64,000 nucleotides of DNA from Bdellovibrio sp. (GTDB taxonomy: Bacteria; Bdellovibrionota; UBA1018): assembly GCA_016185105.1 (NCBI GenBank), contig JACPOE010000012.1:8471-72470 (forward strand), written 5' to 3'. The position numbers and the translations under genes were made by a program. Shown here one piece after another: positions 9,629 through 19,927 of the stretch (positions are counted from its first letter, which is position 1; each line of letters begins with the position of its first letter). The notes under the pieces were generated by a model, which worked only from the letters and a program-made list of their open reading frames with translations, made no database searches and had not been told where the DNA came from.

Positions 9629-10332
9629 CTAACTTTTTTCCTCACTTTTTTTGCTTCTGCGGACTTTGGGTATTTCTCGACTAACTCTTCGTAAAACCCT
9701 CGGGCATCATCGCGCAACCCTAACGCCTCGAAGGACTGCCCAATTTTCAATAATGCCTGAGGGGTCTTTGTCGAACGGTGGTACTTTTCAGGGAATTTAG
9801 AATAATCTACAATCGCTTTTTTATATTGTTTTAACTTAAAGTAGCTCTCTGCCCTTAGAAACGTTGCTTCTTCCGCACGCTGTGTTTTAGGTAACTTAAG
9901 ATAGTTGCTAAGAGTCTCGGCAGCAGCCTCATATTCTTCGTGCTCAAACTGCGTCTTAGCTTTACCGTAGATTTCATCTGGATCCAAAATAGCTGGGTGT
10001 TCAGCAAGTTTGGTCAAAGCGTCTGACATTTGATTTACTCTGTCAGCCAAAGCATTCAGCTTGTCCTCAATCTTCTTGGACTCCACTCCGTCTTTTTTAG
10101 CTCTTTCCAGGTCTTCAACTCTTCCGACCAGTCGCGTAAATTCGGCTTTAATTTCTTCTATGGCGTATTGGCCCTCGTTGCGAACTTCCGCGACAGGATG
10201 GGCTTTCATCGGCTTGGCTTCTTCCACCTCTTCGGGCCGGTCGTCTCGCAGCTGACTGCGTGTTTTCAAACATCCCGCGAAAAGGAACGGTACTAAGATC
10301 AAAAGCAAGTAAATGGTTCTCATCTGTCCCAT
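9625..10332 (-). CDS. cpoB: Tol-Pal associated coiled-coil/TPR lipoprotein CpoB (YbgF)
   Basis: Lipobox FAGC, N-terminal coiled coil, and C-terminal TPR (AESYFKLKQYKKAIVDYSKFPEKYHRS...ALLKIGQSFEALG). Confidence 0.6.
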   Translation of the reverse strand: MGQMRTIYLLLILVPFLFAGCLKTRSQLRDDRPEEVEEAKPMKAHPVAEVRNEGQYAIEEIKAEFTRLVGRVEDLERAKKDGVESKKIEDKLNALADRVNQMSDALTKLAEHPAILDPDEIYGKAKTQFEHEEYEAAAETLSNYLKLPKTQRAEEATFLRAESYFKLKQYKKAIVDYSKFPEKYHRSTKTPQALLKIGQSFEALGLRDDARGFYEELVEKYPKSAEAKKVRKKVR

Positions 10333-10381
10333 GATGTCATTCTCGCTTGCTCATTTCAAGCCTGGAGCCAGCCATCTATTT

Positions 10382-10951
10382 TCAACGAGGTGGAGTTGGC
10401 GCCCCGCCCGCAGGAGCAGGATTCGGCGTTGTCGATGCAGGAGCGGGACCGTGTTTAGCGTCTTCTTCTGCTTTTCTCTGGTCGTAAGATTCGATCGGCG
10501 TACCCGTGGGAGTCGGTTGTACTCCGGAGCCCGCATCACCCGGACGATGTTCTTCACCCTGTGCTGGAACAGGGGGTGGGGTCATAGCGTCAGCCCCTTC
10601 GGAACGCACAGCGCCTCCCCTAACGGATTCAAACTCTGCCTGCTCAGCGAAATGACGCGCTTTATCTGCATATTCCTTGGCCAATTTGAAATTTTTAAAC
10701 TTGTATTCGTTCTTTGCTCTAAAGAACCACTCATTGGCCAAACGAAAAAGCTCAGGAGCATAGGTATCTGCCTGAACCTCTTTTGCTGCTTTGATGGCAG
10801 CTAAGCCGTAAGACATTTCTTGAACCGGACGGGTTGCAAAAATACTACAACCCACCCAAAATAACGCACTGAGTCCTACAAAAAACAAACCGGGACTCCT
10901 TTTCGTCAAAGGCTTAGTCCCGGTCTGCCAAAATCGAACTAAATTTATCAA
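10382..10951 (-). CDS. DUF4398-like lipoprotein with Pro/Ala-rich C-terminal tail
   Basis: Lipobox WVGC. AAIKAAKEVQADTYAPELFRLANEWFFRAKNEYKFKNFKLAKEYA matches DUF4398. It sits between pal and cpoB. Confidence 0.45.
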   Translation of the reverse strand: MINLVRFWQTGTKPLTKRSPGLFFVGLSALFWVGCSIFATRPVQEMSYGLAAIKAAKEVQADTYAPELFRLANEWFFRAKNEYKFKNFKLAKEYADKARHFAEQAEFESVRGGAVRSEGADAMTPPPVPAQGEEHRPGDAGSGVQPTPTGTPIESYDQRKAEEDAKHGPAPASTTPNPAPAGGAPTPPR

Positions 10952-10956
10952 CTCGA

Positions 10957-11376
10957 TTAGTGAGAAGTGATTACAAAATTAGAACGGCGGTTTTTTGCAT
11001 AAGACTCTTCACTGGTGCCCGTGTCGATCAGTTTTTCTTTACCAAAGCTGATCACGGTCATCCGATCATGAGATACGCCCAAGTCCGTAAGAAACTTACG
11101 GGTTGCATTGGCTCTTTTTTCACCCAACGCAATATTGTACTGGATGCCACCGCGTTGATCGCAGTGACCTTCAATTTGAATTTTCAAATGGGACTTATCT
11201 TTCATAATTGAAGCATTATTCTTCAAAACGTTCTGAGCTTCTGAATCCAAAGTGAAAGAATCAAATGGGAAATGAACCGTTTCTAGGCCCATTGCCTTAC
11301 CAGAATCCGAATCGCCAGCTGTATTCTCATTGGCATCTGCAGCACCATCTGAGGTTAGAGGTAGAGCGGTGAACAT
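10957..11376 (-). CDS. pal: OmpA/Pal-family peptidoglycan-binding domain protein (start uncertain; no signal peptide in the open frame)
   Basis: FDSFTLDSEAQNVLKNNASIM...IEGHCDQRGGIQYNIALGEKRANATRKFL is the OmpA_C motif. The frame is closed at 11457, and the longest version overlaps aroA. Confidence 0.55.
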   Translation of the reverse strand: MFTALPLTSDGAADANENTAGDSDSGKAMGLETVHFPFDSFTLDSEAQNVLKNNASIMKDKSHLKIQIEGHCDQRGGIQYNIALGEKRANATRKFLTDLGVSHDRMTVISFGKEKLIDTGTSEESYAKNRRSNFVITSH

Positions 11377-11398
11377 CCGTATTGAGCCGCTTTCCCAA

Positions 11399-12700
11399 AT
11401 GACTGGGACCCCAAGAAAACCTCTGTCGGCGATTTTGTTGCCAGCAGATAAATCCATTTCTCATCGGGGTCTAATTTTTGGGGCATTAGCCAGTGGAACA
11501 ACCCGAATTTCAGGTCTGCTCAGGGCAGGGGATGTTCAATCGACCCAGCGATGTCTTTCCCAGCTAGGGGTAGGAATAGAAACTCAGGGTACCCTCACTC
11601 TTGTCCATGGAAAGAAGTTCATCCCCCCTTTGGCCCCCCTCGACTGCGGTAACTCAGGGACAACACTTCGATTGCTGATGGGGATCCTCGCAGGCGAGTG
11701 TTTTTCCTCTGAGCTTATTGGTGATTCTTCTCTTAGTGCTAGACCGATGGGACGAATCGCAGTGCCCCTGCGAAGAATGGGCGCGGAAATCTACCTTAAA
11801 GACGAGAACTATTCTCCTGTCCAAATAAAAGGTCTAACTCACGGAGTCAGACTCAAAGCTCTAAATTATGCCCTTCCGATTGGCAGCGCTCAGCTCAAGA
11901 GTGCCTTGCTCTTTGCTGGCCTCCAAGCTGAAGGGACCACTCGAATTTCAGGTAAGATTCAAAGTCGCGACCACACAGAAAGGATGTTGAAGCATTTTGG
12001 CGCACAGCTGAATTATTCTTTCGGAGAAGGCCCGGATCCCCAAGAAATTTCTATTTGTGGTGGCCAAAGACTAATAGGTGCAGATTTAAAAGTACCAAAA
12101 GATCCATCTAGTGCGGCTTACTGGGTTGCCCTCTCTCTTTTGAGTTCAAACATAAAGGTCGAGCTTAAAGAAATCCTTCTCAATTCGTTTCGAATTGGCT
12201 TTTTGGCTGCCCTTAAAAGAATGGGAGCTCAGATAGAGACTGAGATTCAAGAATGCTCAGAGACCTCTGAGCCTGTTGGAACCCTACTCAGCGAACCCAG
12301 TCCCCTGCAGGGAACGGGTATTGCCCCAGAAGAGATATCCTCGCTGATTGACGAAATTCCATTAATTGCAGTAGTGGGGGCCTTCGCTGAAGGGACTACC
12401 GAAATTCGGGGAGCTGCCGAACTGAGAGTAAAAGAGTCAGATCGAATTGAAGCCACGGCTACAAACCTTCGAAAAATGGGAGTAGATGTCGAGACCTTCA
12501 GTGACGGTATGAAGATCTACGGAAAAGGCAAACGGGGCCCAAAAGGAGCTAAATTGAGTTCTTACGGAGATCACCGCATTGCGATGAGTTTTGCGATTGC
12601 GGGAATGATGGCGAACGGGCCTACCGAAATCGAAAACTGCGAGTGTGTTTCGATTTCGTACCCTGATTTTTTTGAGACCTTAAAAAGGATTTACCTATGA
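11399..12700 (+). CDS. aroA: 3-phosphoshikimate 1-carboxyvinyltransferase (EPSP synthase)
   Basis: LLPADKSISHRGLIFGALASGTTRISG and DHRIAMSFAIAG are present. The start is taken at MTGTPRKPL; the listed ORF begins at 11330. Confidence 0.9.
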   Translation: MTGTPRKPLSAILLPADKSISHRGLIFGALASGTTRISGLLRAGDVQSTQRCLSQLGVGIETQGTLTLVHGKKFIPPLAPLDCGNSGTTLRLLMGILAGECFSSELIGDSSLSARPMGRIAVPLRRMGAEIYLKDENYSPVQIKGLTHGVRLKALNYALPIGSAQLKSALLFAGLQAEGTTRISGKIQSRDHTERMLKHFGAQLNYSFGEGPDPQEISICGGQRLIGADLKVPKDPSSAAYWVALSLLSSNIKVELKEILLNSFRIGFLAALKRMGAQIETEIQECSETSEPVGTLLSEPSPLQGTGIAPEEISSLIDEIPLIAVVGAFAEGTTEIRGAAELRVKESDRIEATATNLRKMGVDVETFSDGMKIYGKGKRGPKGAKLSSYGDHRIAMSFAIAGMMANGPTEIENCECVSISYPDFFETLKRIYL

Positions 12701-13113
12701 AAGAAAGTTCAAACTTCGAAAAGATGAAAGAGATTTTTAGTCGGGCCGCCTTCGTTCAAGACTTGGGGATCGAAATCGTGGAAGCTGAGTCCGGAATTTG
12801 TCGAACCCGTCTTAAAATCCTTCCCAAACACCTCCAACAAACCCAAGTTGTTCATGCAGGGGTGGTTGCCACCCTTGCCGATCATACAGCGGGAGGAGCC
12901 GCTACTTCGCTTTTGAAAGACGGAGAGTTTATCCTAACGGCTGAATTTAAGATCAGTCTTTTTCGCGCGGCCACTGGGAACGCGTTAACCTGTGTTGCAA
13001 AGGTTTTAAAACCCGGCAAAACTCTCAGTTTTGTCGAGTCAGAAGTGTATTCAGGAGACAAAAGCGAAGTGTTAGTCGCCAAAGCGATGGTTACTTTGGC
13101 TGTTCTGCGATGA
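12697..13113 (+). CDS. PaaI/4HBT hotdog-fold acyl-CoA thioesterase
   Basis: 138 aa. The hotdog-fold pattern HAGVVATLADHTAGGAA is typical of PaaI-type thioesterases. Confidence 0.65.
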   Translation: MKESSNFEKMKEIFSRAAFVQDLGIEIVEAESGICRTRLKILPKHLQQTQVVHAGVVATLADHTAGGAATSLLKDGEFILTAEFKISLFRAATGNALTCVAKVLKPGKTLSFVESEVYSGDKSEVLVAKAMVTLAVLR

Positions 13114-13190
13114 ACGATTCTAGACCGTAAAAATTTGGCACGCTCTTAGCATTGAGGAATGTCTCCAAAACTAATAACGGAGGTTATTCA

Positions 13191-13610
13191 ATGCTTGATA
13201 TCAACAAAGTCATTTTGGTCGGAAGATTGGGTGGTAATCCAATTTCACGAAAAACAAAAAGCGGGTTAGCAGTCACACACTTTTCCCTCGCCACTTCTCG
13301 AAAATTTGAGAAAGAAGCAATCCCTACCGAGGGAGGGCCAAACGAACCCCGTACCAGCGAATCTGTCGAAAGCCAAAAAACGGAAGAAACTCAGTGGCAC
13401 CAGATTGTCAGTTGGGGAAAGCTTGCCGAAAGTAATGCGCAATACCTTCGAAAAGGGAACGCAGTCTACGTTGAAGGTTCCATACGGAGCCATTCCTATA
13501 AAGACAAACAGGGAAACGAGAAAACAGCTTTTGAGATTCACGCCGAAACGATCAGTTATCTATACACAAAAAACGGAACTGAAAAAGTGACTCCAGCACT
13601 CACAGCATAA
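13191..13610 (+). CDS. ssb: single-stranded DNA-binding protein
   Basis: MLDINKVILVGRLGGNP...TQWHQIVSWGKLAE...VYVEGSIRS is an OB-fold SSB. Confidence 0.85.
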   Translation: MLDINKVILVGRLGGNPISRKTKSGLAVTHFSLATSRKFEKEAIPTEGGPNEPRTSESVESQKTEETQWHQIVSWGKLAESNAQYLRKGNAVYVEGSIRSHSYKDKQGNEKTAFEIHAETISYLYTKNGTEKVTPALTA

Positions 13611-13725
13611 ATTCCAATTCTTATCAGAAAGGGGTGCGAAACGAGTGAGGGTCGGATTCCACATGATCTTGGTTCGAGTCCATTTTTGGCCTGGACCTAC
13701 CCGATCTTCACTCGATACACCTTTT

Positions 13726-14154
13726 CTATTTAGCGGGTGTGCTAACCAGATCCCCGATCATCACTGCACGTGGGGACACCATGGGAGAAGTCTTTAATGG
13801 GAGGAGTTTTTCAAGCCTAGCGATGGAGGCTCTAGGTTCGACATGAATAACTCTGACTTTAGCAAAAGGAAGGGACAGGTCACGGTAAAACTGTTCACTC
13901 ATCCCATCATAGGAAGAGACTTTACGTCGCACCTCTAGAATGCTCCCCTTGCGAAGGCCCTGTTTAGAACCCATGTTGATATAGTAATCCTTAGGGGGAG
14001 CCGTCGCCGGGTCATTTGTTAGGTTAATGTCTTGAAATACACTGTAGACAGAGTAGTCCCTTGAATCTTCTGAAGAATCGTTCTCGGCGTAGCTAGGGGT
14101 AAGAGCCCCCAACAGAACCATTAAACTGATTAAAACAATCGAGACGCTCCGCAA
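13726..14154 (-). CDS. hypothetical secreted protein
   Basis: N-terminal signal peptide (MRSVSIVLISLMVLLGALTPSYA). No recognisable motif. Confidence 0.4.
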   Translation of the reverse strand: MRSVSIVLISLMVLLGALTPSYAENDSSEDSRDYSVYSVFQDINLTNDPATAPPKDYYINMGSKQGLRKGSILEVRRKVSSYDGMSEQFYRDLSLPFAKVRVIHVEPRASIARLEKLLPLKTSPMVSPRAVMIGDLVSTPAK

Positions 14155-14258
14155 AAATGCACCCCTGCTTTCATTTTGCCTATCGGCAGATGCTGCCCAG
14201 GAGTTTAAGTTTAATTCTCAACGGTACCTTCCGAATAGATTAGGACGGAGGCCTTACT

Positions 14259-15248
14259 TTGCAGGAACGAGTCTCAATCCCCCCAGATCAACTCATGCAG
14301 GTAGACATCATGGGATTTCGCCATGCCATTCGTGATATTACGTTTGACGTATACCTTAAAATCTCAGACGACAACGTTGCGCGAGTCTTTTCCGGTAGCA
14401 CCGGGTTAGATTACAAACGCCTTGCCCAATACATCCAGAAGGGTGTTAAATTTCTCTTTATCGAAAAGAAAGATCATGAACGGTATCTACAATTTGTAGG
14501 AGTCACCGCCGAAACGATCTTCAAGGACCCACATACTTCGCCGGAAAAGAAAATCGCAACTCTTCTAAATATGACCGAGCAAAACATCGCTGAGACTCTT
14601 GCTCAATTCCATGTGGACGAAGAAACAGCCAATGACACTCAAAAAATTATTCACAACTATGTAGACCTCATGACTGAGAAGCCCTCCACGCTCGGAATTA
14701 TTCTGAAATTAGCATCCCATGGCGAATACCTCTATTACCACTCGATCGCGGTTGCAATTTTCAGCATGTTTATCGCTAGAGCGACAGGTCAATTTAATAA
14801 AAAAATGATCGAGCTCATCGGCCTCGGTGGCTTCCTACACGATATCGGATCTACACAGCTTCCGAAGGAAGTTGTGAATAGCCCGAGCGACCTCACAGTT
14901 GAACAATGGAAGATCATGCATACCCACCCAAAACTAGGCCTTCAGATGGTAGAGAACAATAAAGTGATCCCAGAGGAAGTCAGGTACATTATCTACCAAC
15001 ATCATGAAGAGCCAAGTGGTCACGGCTACCCTAATTCCATCCGTGGGCCAGTCATCTACTATCCCGCAAAAATTGTTGCCATCGCTGATGCATTCAGCGC
15101 CCTGATCAGCAAGCGTCCCTTCCGTGAGGCTTATTCAGTCGAGGAAGCGATTCAAATCATCGAAAAAGCAGTCGGAAAATTTGACAAAGACCTGGTTAAA
15201 ATGCTTCCTGCCATCTTCTTAAGACCTGAAAAACGGCAGGCCTCCTAG
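14259..15248 (+). CDS. HD-GYP domain cyclic-di-GMP phosphodiesterase-like protein
   Basis: HD motif (FLHDIGSTQLP) and HHEEPSGHGYPN (HD-GYP signature). Confidence 0.75.
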   Translation: MQERVSIPPDQLMQVDIMGFRHAIRDITFDVYLKISDDNVARVFSGSTGLDYKRLAQYIQKGVKFLFIEKKDHERYLQFVGVTAETIFKDPHTSPEKKIATLLNMTEQNIAETLAQFHVDEETANDTQKIIHNYVDLMTEKPSTLGIILKLASHGEYLYYHSIAVAIFSMFIARATGQFNKKMIELIGLGGFLHDIGSTQLPKEVVNSPSDLTVEQWKIMHTHPKLGLQMVENNKVIPEEVRYIIYQHHEEPSGHGYPNSIRGPVIYYPAKIVAIADAFSALISKRPFREAYSVEEAIQIIEKAVGKFDKDLVKMLPAIFLRPEKRQAS

Positions 15249-15275
15249 GCTCTACAGACTGCTAGAACAATTCGT

Positions 15276-17168
15276 TTATTGGGAATACCGATCTCGGACT
15301 TCCTTACTAACTTTATAGTACTTATATTTATTTAGAATGATGTCGCTCCCTCGGTAGTTCATGAGCCAAGGTTGGGAAATATGATAGGGGGCCTCGTAGT
15401 ACCCCATAGCAATCGGACAGTCTTCCTGAATCTGATCCTCCATTTTTGCTGCGAGCGCCAACCGAGCAGGAGAGGATTCCAACATAGCGAGTTGTTCATA
15501 GCTCTTATTTACAACAGGGTGATCGTAGCTCGTATCATTGGCCCCTGGTGGGCGATTCGGACCATAGAAAAGCTGGTAGATATTTTCTGCATCCGGGTAG
15601 TCCATGGACCAGCCACCATACGAAATTTGTAAATTCCCCTCTCTCAACTTCTGCAAAAAAGCGGGAAAAGTATTACTTTGAATCTCCAATCGAACGCCAA
15701 CTTTCGAAAGTTGATCGACAAAAAACTCTCCCAATTGGCGATCTTGGGTTGCGGCACCTCTCAGATCAAATTTAAAAATAGGAAGCCCAGCCCCTTTTGG
15801 ATAGCCGGCCTTTTTAAGAAGTTCCTTTGCTCGGACCAGATTATAATCGTATTTCATCTGAGCAAGGTTGGGCCGGTCGGGAACTCCGGGAGGAACCACA
15901 CTTGACATCTTTCTTCCTGTCCCGTTCGTAAAAGTTTGAATCCACGCGTCCCGGTCAATGGCTGAGGAAATGGCCTGGCGAAGGAATTTGTTCGTTCCCA
16001 GAAATTTGTCTTTCATATTGAATGACACAAATCGGGTGACGACTCCGGTTTCAATACTCAGGTGCATTCCTTTTTTTACAAGATCAGGAGTTAGATTCAC
16101 CTGATGGGTAATTGCTTCCTTGAAGTTATCCTTGGGAAGCTCGATCAGGTCCAATTGGCCTTTCATAAAATTAAGCCACCGGGGTTGCTCCTCTTTCAGA
16201 ACGACCATGCGAATCCGATCTAGGAGGGGCAGTTTTTTTCCGGAATCTATCAGCATTCCATTTTTCTGAAACTCCTCTGATCCAGTAGATGGATAGAGTT
16301 CGGACCTAAATTTCGGATTCTTATCCAAAATAATTTCATGATTTCTAGACCAGCTGGTGAGAACAAAGGGTCCCGTTCCTACGGGATGGTCGGTTAGATT
16401 TCCCTTCTCGTCACCGTACTCGGCGATTGCTTCGCGGGGCACTGGAGAAGAAAAACTGAGAGCTAAAATATGTAAGAGCTGCGGGTAGGGATGGACTAGT
16501 TTAAACTGGAGGGTGTAGTCATCCAGCGCTTGAATACCCTCGACTTTTTCCTCAAAGACTTGAGGTAGGTCTTTTGGTGAAGCCGCAACAAGCCGCTCAC
16601 GAAATTCATTCATGCCAACTAATTTTCCCTCTAAAACCCACCATCCAGTGGATTGCAACGAGGGCAAAGCCAGCCTTTTTAACCCGTAAACAAAATCTTC
16701 GGCCTTCAATTCTCGGCCTTTGCCTCGGCTTGCCTTAAAACAAGGATCGTCCTGAAAATGAACGTCCCTCTTAATCGAAATCGTAACTGTGAGCTTGTCA
16801 TCCGAAAAAGTAGGCAGCGAAACCGCTAGCAGGGGTTCAATTTTATAAACAGAATCCAGATAGCTATATTGATAGAGGGTCTCATAGATACTTGGGACAA
16901 GACTGCTGCTGACCGTGTCGTAGGCATTCGCAGGGTCCCAAGTCTTAACATCGTCTTTCACTAACCCATGAAAAACAGCAAGTCCCTGGTCAGCTCTGTG
17001 CCCGGTACAGCCCAACTGCGCTAAAACAATAAGTGCAAATACTGTTGCCAGCTTTAAGGCATTGGGCCTCTCAAAAAGACTCGCCCTAAAACCATATAGA
17101 AAGTTCTGTCCTGTTTGCATAATCAGCCCCCACCAAATCCCAGAATTCGGGACTCCTCGACTGATCAT
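15276..17168 (-). CDS. ABC transporter substrate-binding protein, family 5 (peptide/nickel, OppA/DppA-like) lipoprotein
   Basis: Length and sequence character fit SBP_bac_5. Lipobox LAQLGC. The real start is probably MQTGQ at 17120. Confidence 0.75.
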   Translation of the reverse strand: MISRGVPNSGIWWGLIMQTGQNFLYGFRASLFERPNALKLATVFALIVLAQLGCTGHRADQGLAVFHGLVKDDVKTWDPANAYDTVSSSLVPSIYETLYQYSYLDSVYKIEPLLAVSLPTFSDDKLTVTISIKRDVHFQDDPCFKASRGKGRELKAEDFVYGLKRLALPSLQSTGWWVLEGKLVGMNEFRERLVAASPKDLPQVFEEKVEGIQALDDYTLQFKLVHPYPQLLHILALSFSSPVPREAIAEYGDEKGNLTDHPVGTGPFVLTSWSRNHEIILDKNPKFRSELYPSTGSEEFQKNGMLIDSGKKLPLLDRIRMVVLKEEQPRWLNFMKGQLDLIELPKDNFKEAITHQVNLTPDLVKKGMHLSIETGVVTRFVSFNMKDKFLGTNKFLRQAISSAIDRDAWIQTFTNGTGRKMSSVVPPGVPDRPNLAQMKYDYNLVRAKELLKKAGYPKGAGLPIFKFDLRGAATQDRQLGEFFVDQLSKVGVRLEIQSNTFPAFLQKLREGNLQISYGGWSMDYPDAENIYQLFYGPNRPPGANDTSYDHPVVNKSYEQLAMLESSPARLALAAKMEDQIQEDCPIAMGYYEAPYHISQPWLMNYRGSDIILNKYKYYKVSKEVRDRYSQ

Positions 17169-17194
17169 TATCCAAATTTTTGAAACAGTGGCAA

Positions 17195-19927
17195 TCAGGA
17201 CTTCAAATTCGTTTCAGCCCATTTCACGGATTCAGCAATCGCGTTAGATAGTCCGGCCGCGTTGGTTCCCCCAGCCTGGGCTTGGTCAGGCTTTCCGCCC
17301 CCCCTGCCCTCAATCATGCCCACAATCGCTTGAAGAAGCTCATTAGCTTTGGCCGCTTTCTGGGCTGCGGGCCCCACTGCCACTAGCAAAGATGCCTTGG
17401 TACCCTCTGCTTCTTTCATTCCAAGCACAATCAGAGAGTTGGGGTTTTTCTGTTTGATTCGGTCCGCCATGTCCCGCAGCTTTTTCGCACCCTGAGCATC
17501 AGGAGAAACGACTGCGGCTACCACAGATACCCCGCGAATCAGCTTCGCTTGAGTGAGAAGCTGATCTACTTCCCCGCTTGCATTTTGAGCATGGAAATGC
17601 CCCAGCTGCTGTCTTAATTCTCTTTCTACAGAAAACAGCTTATCAATTTTTGTTAAAATCTCGTCCGCGGAAGAGACCTTTAGCCGATCGCGAATCGTTT
17701 TAATGTCTTGATCCCGAGATCGAAGATAGTTGAACGCTCCCTTGGAAGTGTAAGCAACAATTCTTCTTACTCCAGCTGCAATCCCACTTTCATTTGCGAA
17801 CTTGAAAAGGTGGATATCAGAAGAATTCTCTACATGAGTTCCACCACAGAGTTCGGTTGAAAAATCCCCTACTCGTACGACACGAACCCGGTCCCCATAT
17901 TTTTCACCAAAAAATGCAACTGCTCCGGACTTAATGGCATCTTCTTTGTTCATCTCAGTCTTTGACACAGACTGAGCGAGCCAGATTTTCTCGTTAATTA
18001 GATCTTCAACTTGAAGAATCTCTTTTTCAGTCATTGCTTGGAAATGAGAAAAGTCGAATCGCAACAGATCTGGTGTCACCAAAGAGCCTGCCTGTTTGAC
18101 ATGATCGCCTAGGACTTTTTTCAATGCCCACTGCAGCATATGGGTCGCAGTATGGTTTCTCGCGGTGGCAGCGCGGATCTCACGATCAGTCTCCTGGAGA
18201 TACTCCGCACCAACTTCCAATTTCCCAGCTCTGGGCCTAACGTGAGCCACAATCAGATCAGGAACTGGCTTTTGCACATCGATGACATCCCCTAAGAAAC
18301 TCGCAGAACTCCCTGCAGAAGAAAGGACTCGACCTTGATCTCCAACCTGACCTCCGCTCTCACCGTAAAAAGGAGTTTCAGCGAAAACGACTTCGATCAG
18401 GGCTGACTTTTCAATGCTGTCAGCGCTGGCTGCAAGACTAGGTGTTAAATAAGATTGGACCCTCTCAATCTTATTTTCGCTAGGAACCAAAATCGCCACA
18501 CACTTGCCCTGCGCAGAGGTCTTCTCATAACCTTTGAAAACAGGAAGTTCGCCTCTGTCCTTCAGTTCCTTAGCAAGGTTTAAATAAATTTGATCTAAAG
18601 CCTGTTCGCCAGATCCCTTCCAATGTTTGCGAGATTCAGAGCGTTGTCGATCCATGGCTTTTTCAAAACCGATTTCATCAACCTGGATCTTCTTTTCTTC
18701 GCAGATCACACGGGTCAAATCCAATGGAAAGCCATAAGTGTCGTAGAGTTTGAAGGCAACCTCTCCAGGTAATACGAGAGAACTCCCCACAAGCTTTGCG
18801 GTTTCCTCATCCAATAGAGAGAGCCCCCTTTCCAGGGTTTTAAAAAATTGCTCTTCCTCAGCAATCACCGCTTTTTCAATAAATGCTTTCTTACTAGCTA
18901 AGTCAGGGTAGGCATCCTTCATCTGATCAATCACAAATCCGGTGACTTGATTCAAGAAGGGTCCCGTAAAACCCAGTTTCTTTCCGTGCCGAATTGCTCT
19001 ACGAATAATTCGGCGCAAAACATAGCCTCGGCCTTCGTTTGAAGGAAGAACACCGTCGCCCACCAGGAACGTGGTCGCCCGAGAATGATCCGCGACAACC
19101 CGAAACGAAACTGCTAGCTCGGATTTCGGATCATACTTCTTTCCAGAAATTTCCGCTGTCTTCTGAATGATGTCCTGAAAGAGATCGGTGTCGTAGTTTG
19201 TATCAACCTCCTGCAAAATTGAAGCAATTCGCTCCAAGCCTGCACCTGTGTCTACGCTAGGTTTTGGTAGAGGGTTCAATTTTCCATCAGACGATCTCTC
19301 GTACTGCATGAAAACAAGATTCCAAAATTCCATGTACCGATCACAGTCGCAACCCATCCCGCAGGTAGGTTTTTTGCAACCGTACTTTTCTCCACGATCA
19401 TAGAAAATTTCACTACAGGGCCCGCAAGGTCCGGTGTCACCCATGGCCCAAAAATTATCTTTTTCTCCAAAACGATAGATTCGCTCCTTAGGCACACCCT
19501 CATTCTTGTGCCAAATTTCGGCGGCTTCATCGTCCTTCTCGTAAACAGAGACATACAATCGGTCTTTGGAAAGCTTGAGTTCGCGAGTAACAAATTCCCA
19601 CGCAAAGTGAATCGCGTCCTTTTTAAAATAGTCCCCAAAAGAAAAGTTCCCTAGCATTTCAAAAAACGTGTGGTGTCTCGCTGTAAAGCCCACGTTTTCC
19701 AAATCGTTATGCTTTCCCCCGGCTCGAACACACTTCTGAGAGGTCGTAGCCCGTTTGTAGGCTCTTCGATCTTTCCCTAAAAACACGTCCTTAAACTGGA
19801 CCATTCCTGCATTGGTAAAAAGCAAGGTGGGATCATTTTGTGGCACCAATGCCGAGCTTTCCACGATGGTATGTCCATGATTTTCGAAATATTTTAGGAA
19901 AAGTGACCGAATTTCAGCTGCTTTCAT
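17195..19927 (-). CDS. alaS: alanine--tRNA ligase
   Basis: MKAAEIRSLFLKYFENHGHTIVESSALVP..DPTLLFTNAGM, 900+ aa, and a C-terminal DHHA1-like end. Confidence 0.95.
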   Translation of the reverse strand: MKAAEIRSLFLKYFENHGHTIVESSALVPQNDPTLLFTNAGMVQFKDVFLGKDRRAYKRATTSQKCVRAGGKHNDLENVGFTARHHTFFEMLGNFSFGDYFKKDAIHFAWEFVTRELKLSKDRLYVSVYEKDDEAAEIWHKNEGVPKERIYRFGEKDNFWAMGDTGPCGPCSEIFYDRGEKYGCKKPTCGMGCDCDRYMEFWNLVFMQYERSSDGKLNPLPKPSVDTGAGLERIASILQEVDTNYDTDLFQDIIQKTAEISGKKYDPKSELAVSFRVVADHSRATTFLVGDGVLPSNEGRGYVLRRIIRRAIRHGKKLGFTGPFLNQVTGFVIDQMKDAYPDLASKKAFIEKAVIAEEEQFFKTLERGLSLLDEETAKLVGSSLVLPGEVAFKLYDTYGFPLDLTRVICEEKKIQVDEIGFEKAMDRQRSESRKHWKGSGEQALDQIYLNLAKELKDRGELPVFKGYEKTSAQGKCVAILVPSENKIERVQSYLTPSLAASADSIEKSALIEVVFAETPFYGESGGQVGDQGRVLSSAGSSASFLGDVIDVQKPVPDLIVAHVRPRAGKLEVGAEYLQETDREIRAATARNHTATHMLQWALKKVLGDHVKQAGSLVTPDLLRFDFSHFQAMTEKEILQVEDLINEKIWLAQSVSKTEMNKEDAIKSGAVAFFGEKYGDRVRVVRVGDFSTELCGGTHVENSSDIHLFKFANESGIAAGVRRIVAYTSKGAFNYLRSRDQDIKTIRDRLKVSSADEILTKIDKLFSVERELRQQLGHFHAQNASGEVDQLLTQAKLIRGVSVVAAVVSPDAQGAKKLRDMADRIKQKNPNSLIVLGMKEAEGTKASLLVAVGPAAQKAAKANELLQAIVGMIEGRGGGKPDQAQAGGTNAAGLSNAIAESVKWAETNLKS

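Noticed and set aside
13655-13700. tRNA-like T-arm string GGTTCGAGTCC followed by ATTTTTGG between ssb and the downstream convergent gene
   Set aside because: The flanking bases do not form a T-stem (only 3 of 5 pairs). No acceptor or anticodon arms can be drawn, and the length is well short of a tRNA. More likely it is part of a weak terminator hairpin plus T-run, or coincidence. It could at most be a degraded tRNA remnant.
19276-19638. 120-aa ORF on the same strand inside alaS and other small internal ORFs (for example 1597-1788, 2385-2687, 12247-12456, 10313-10804, 37502-37762)
   Set aside because: Each is fully nested within or opposite to a confidently identified longer CDS, with no independent signals.
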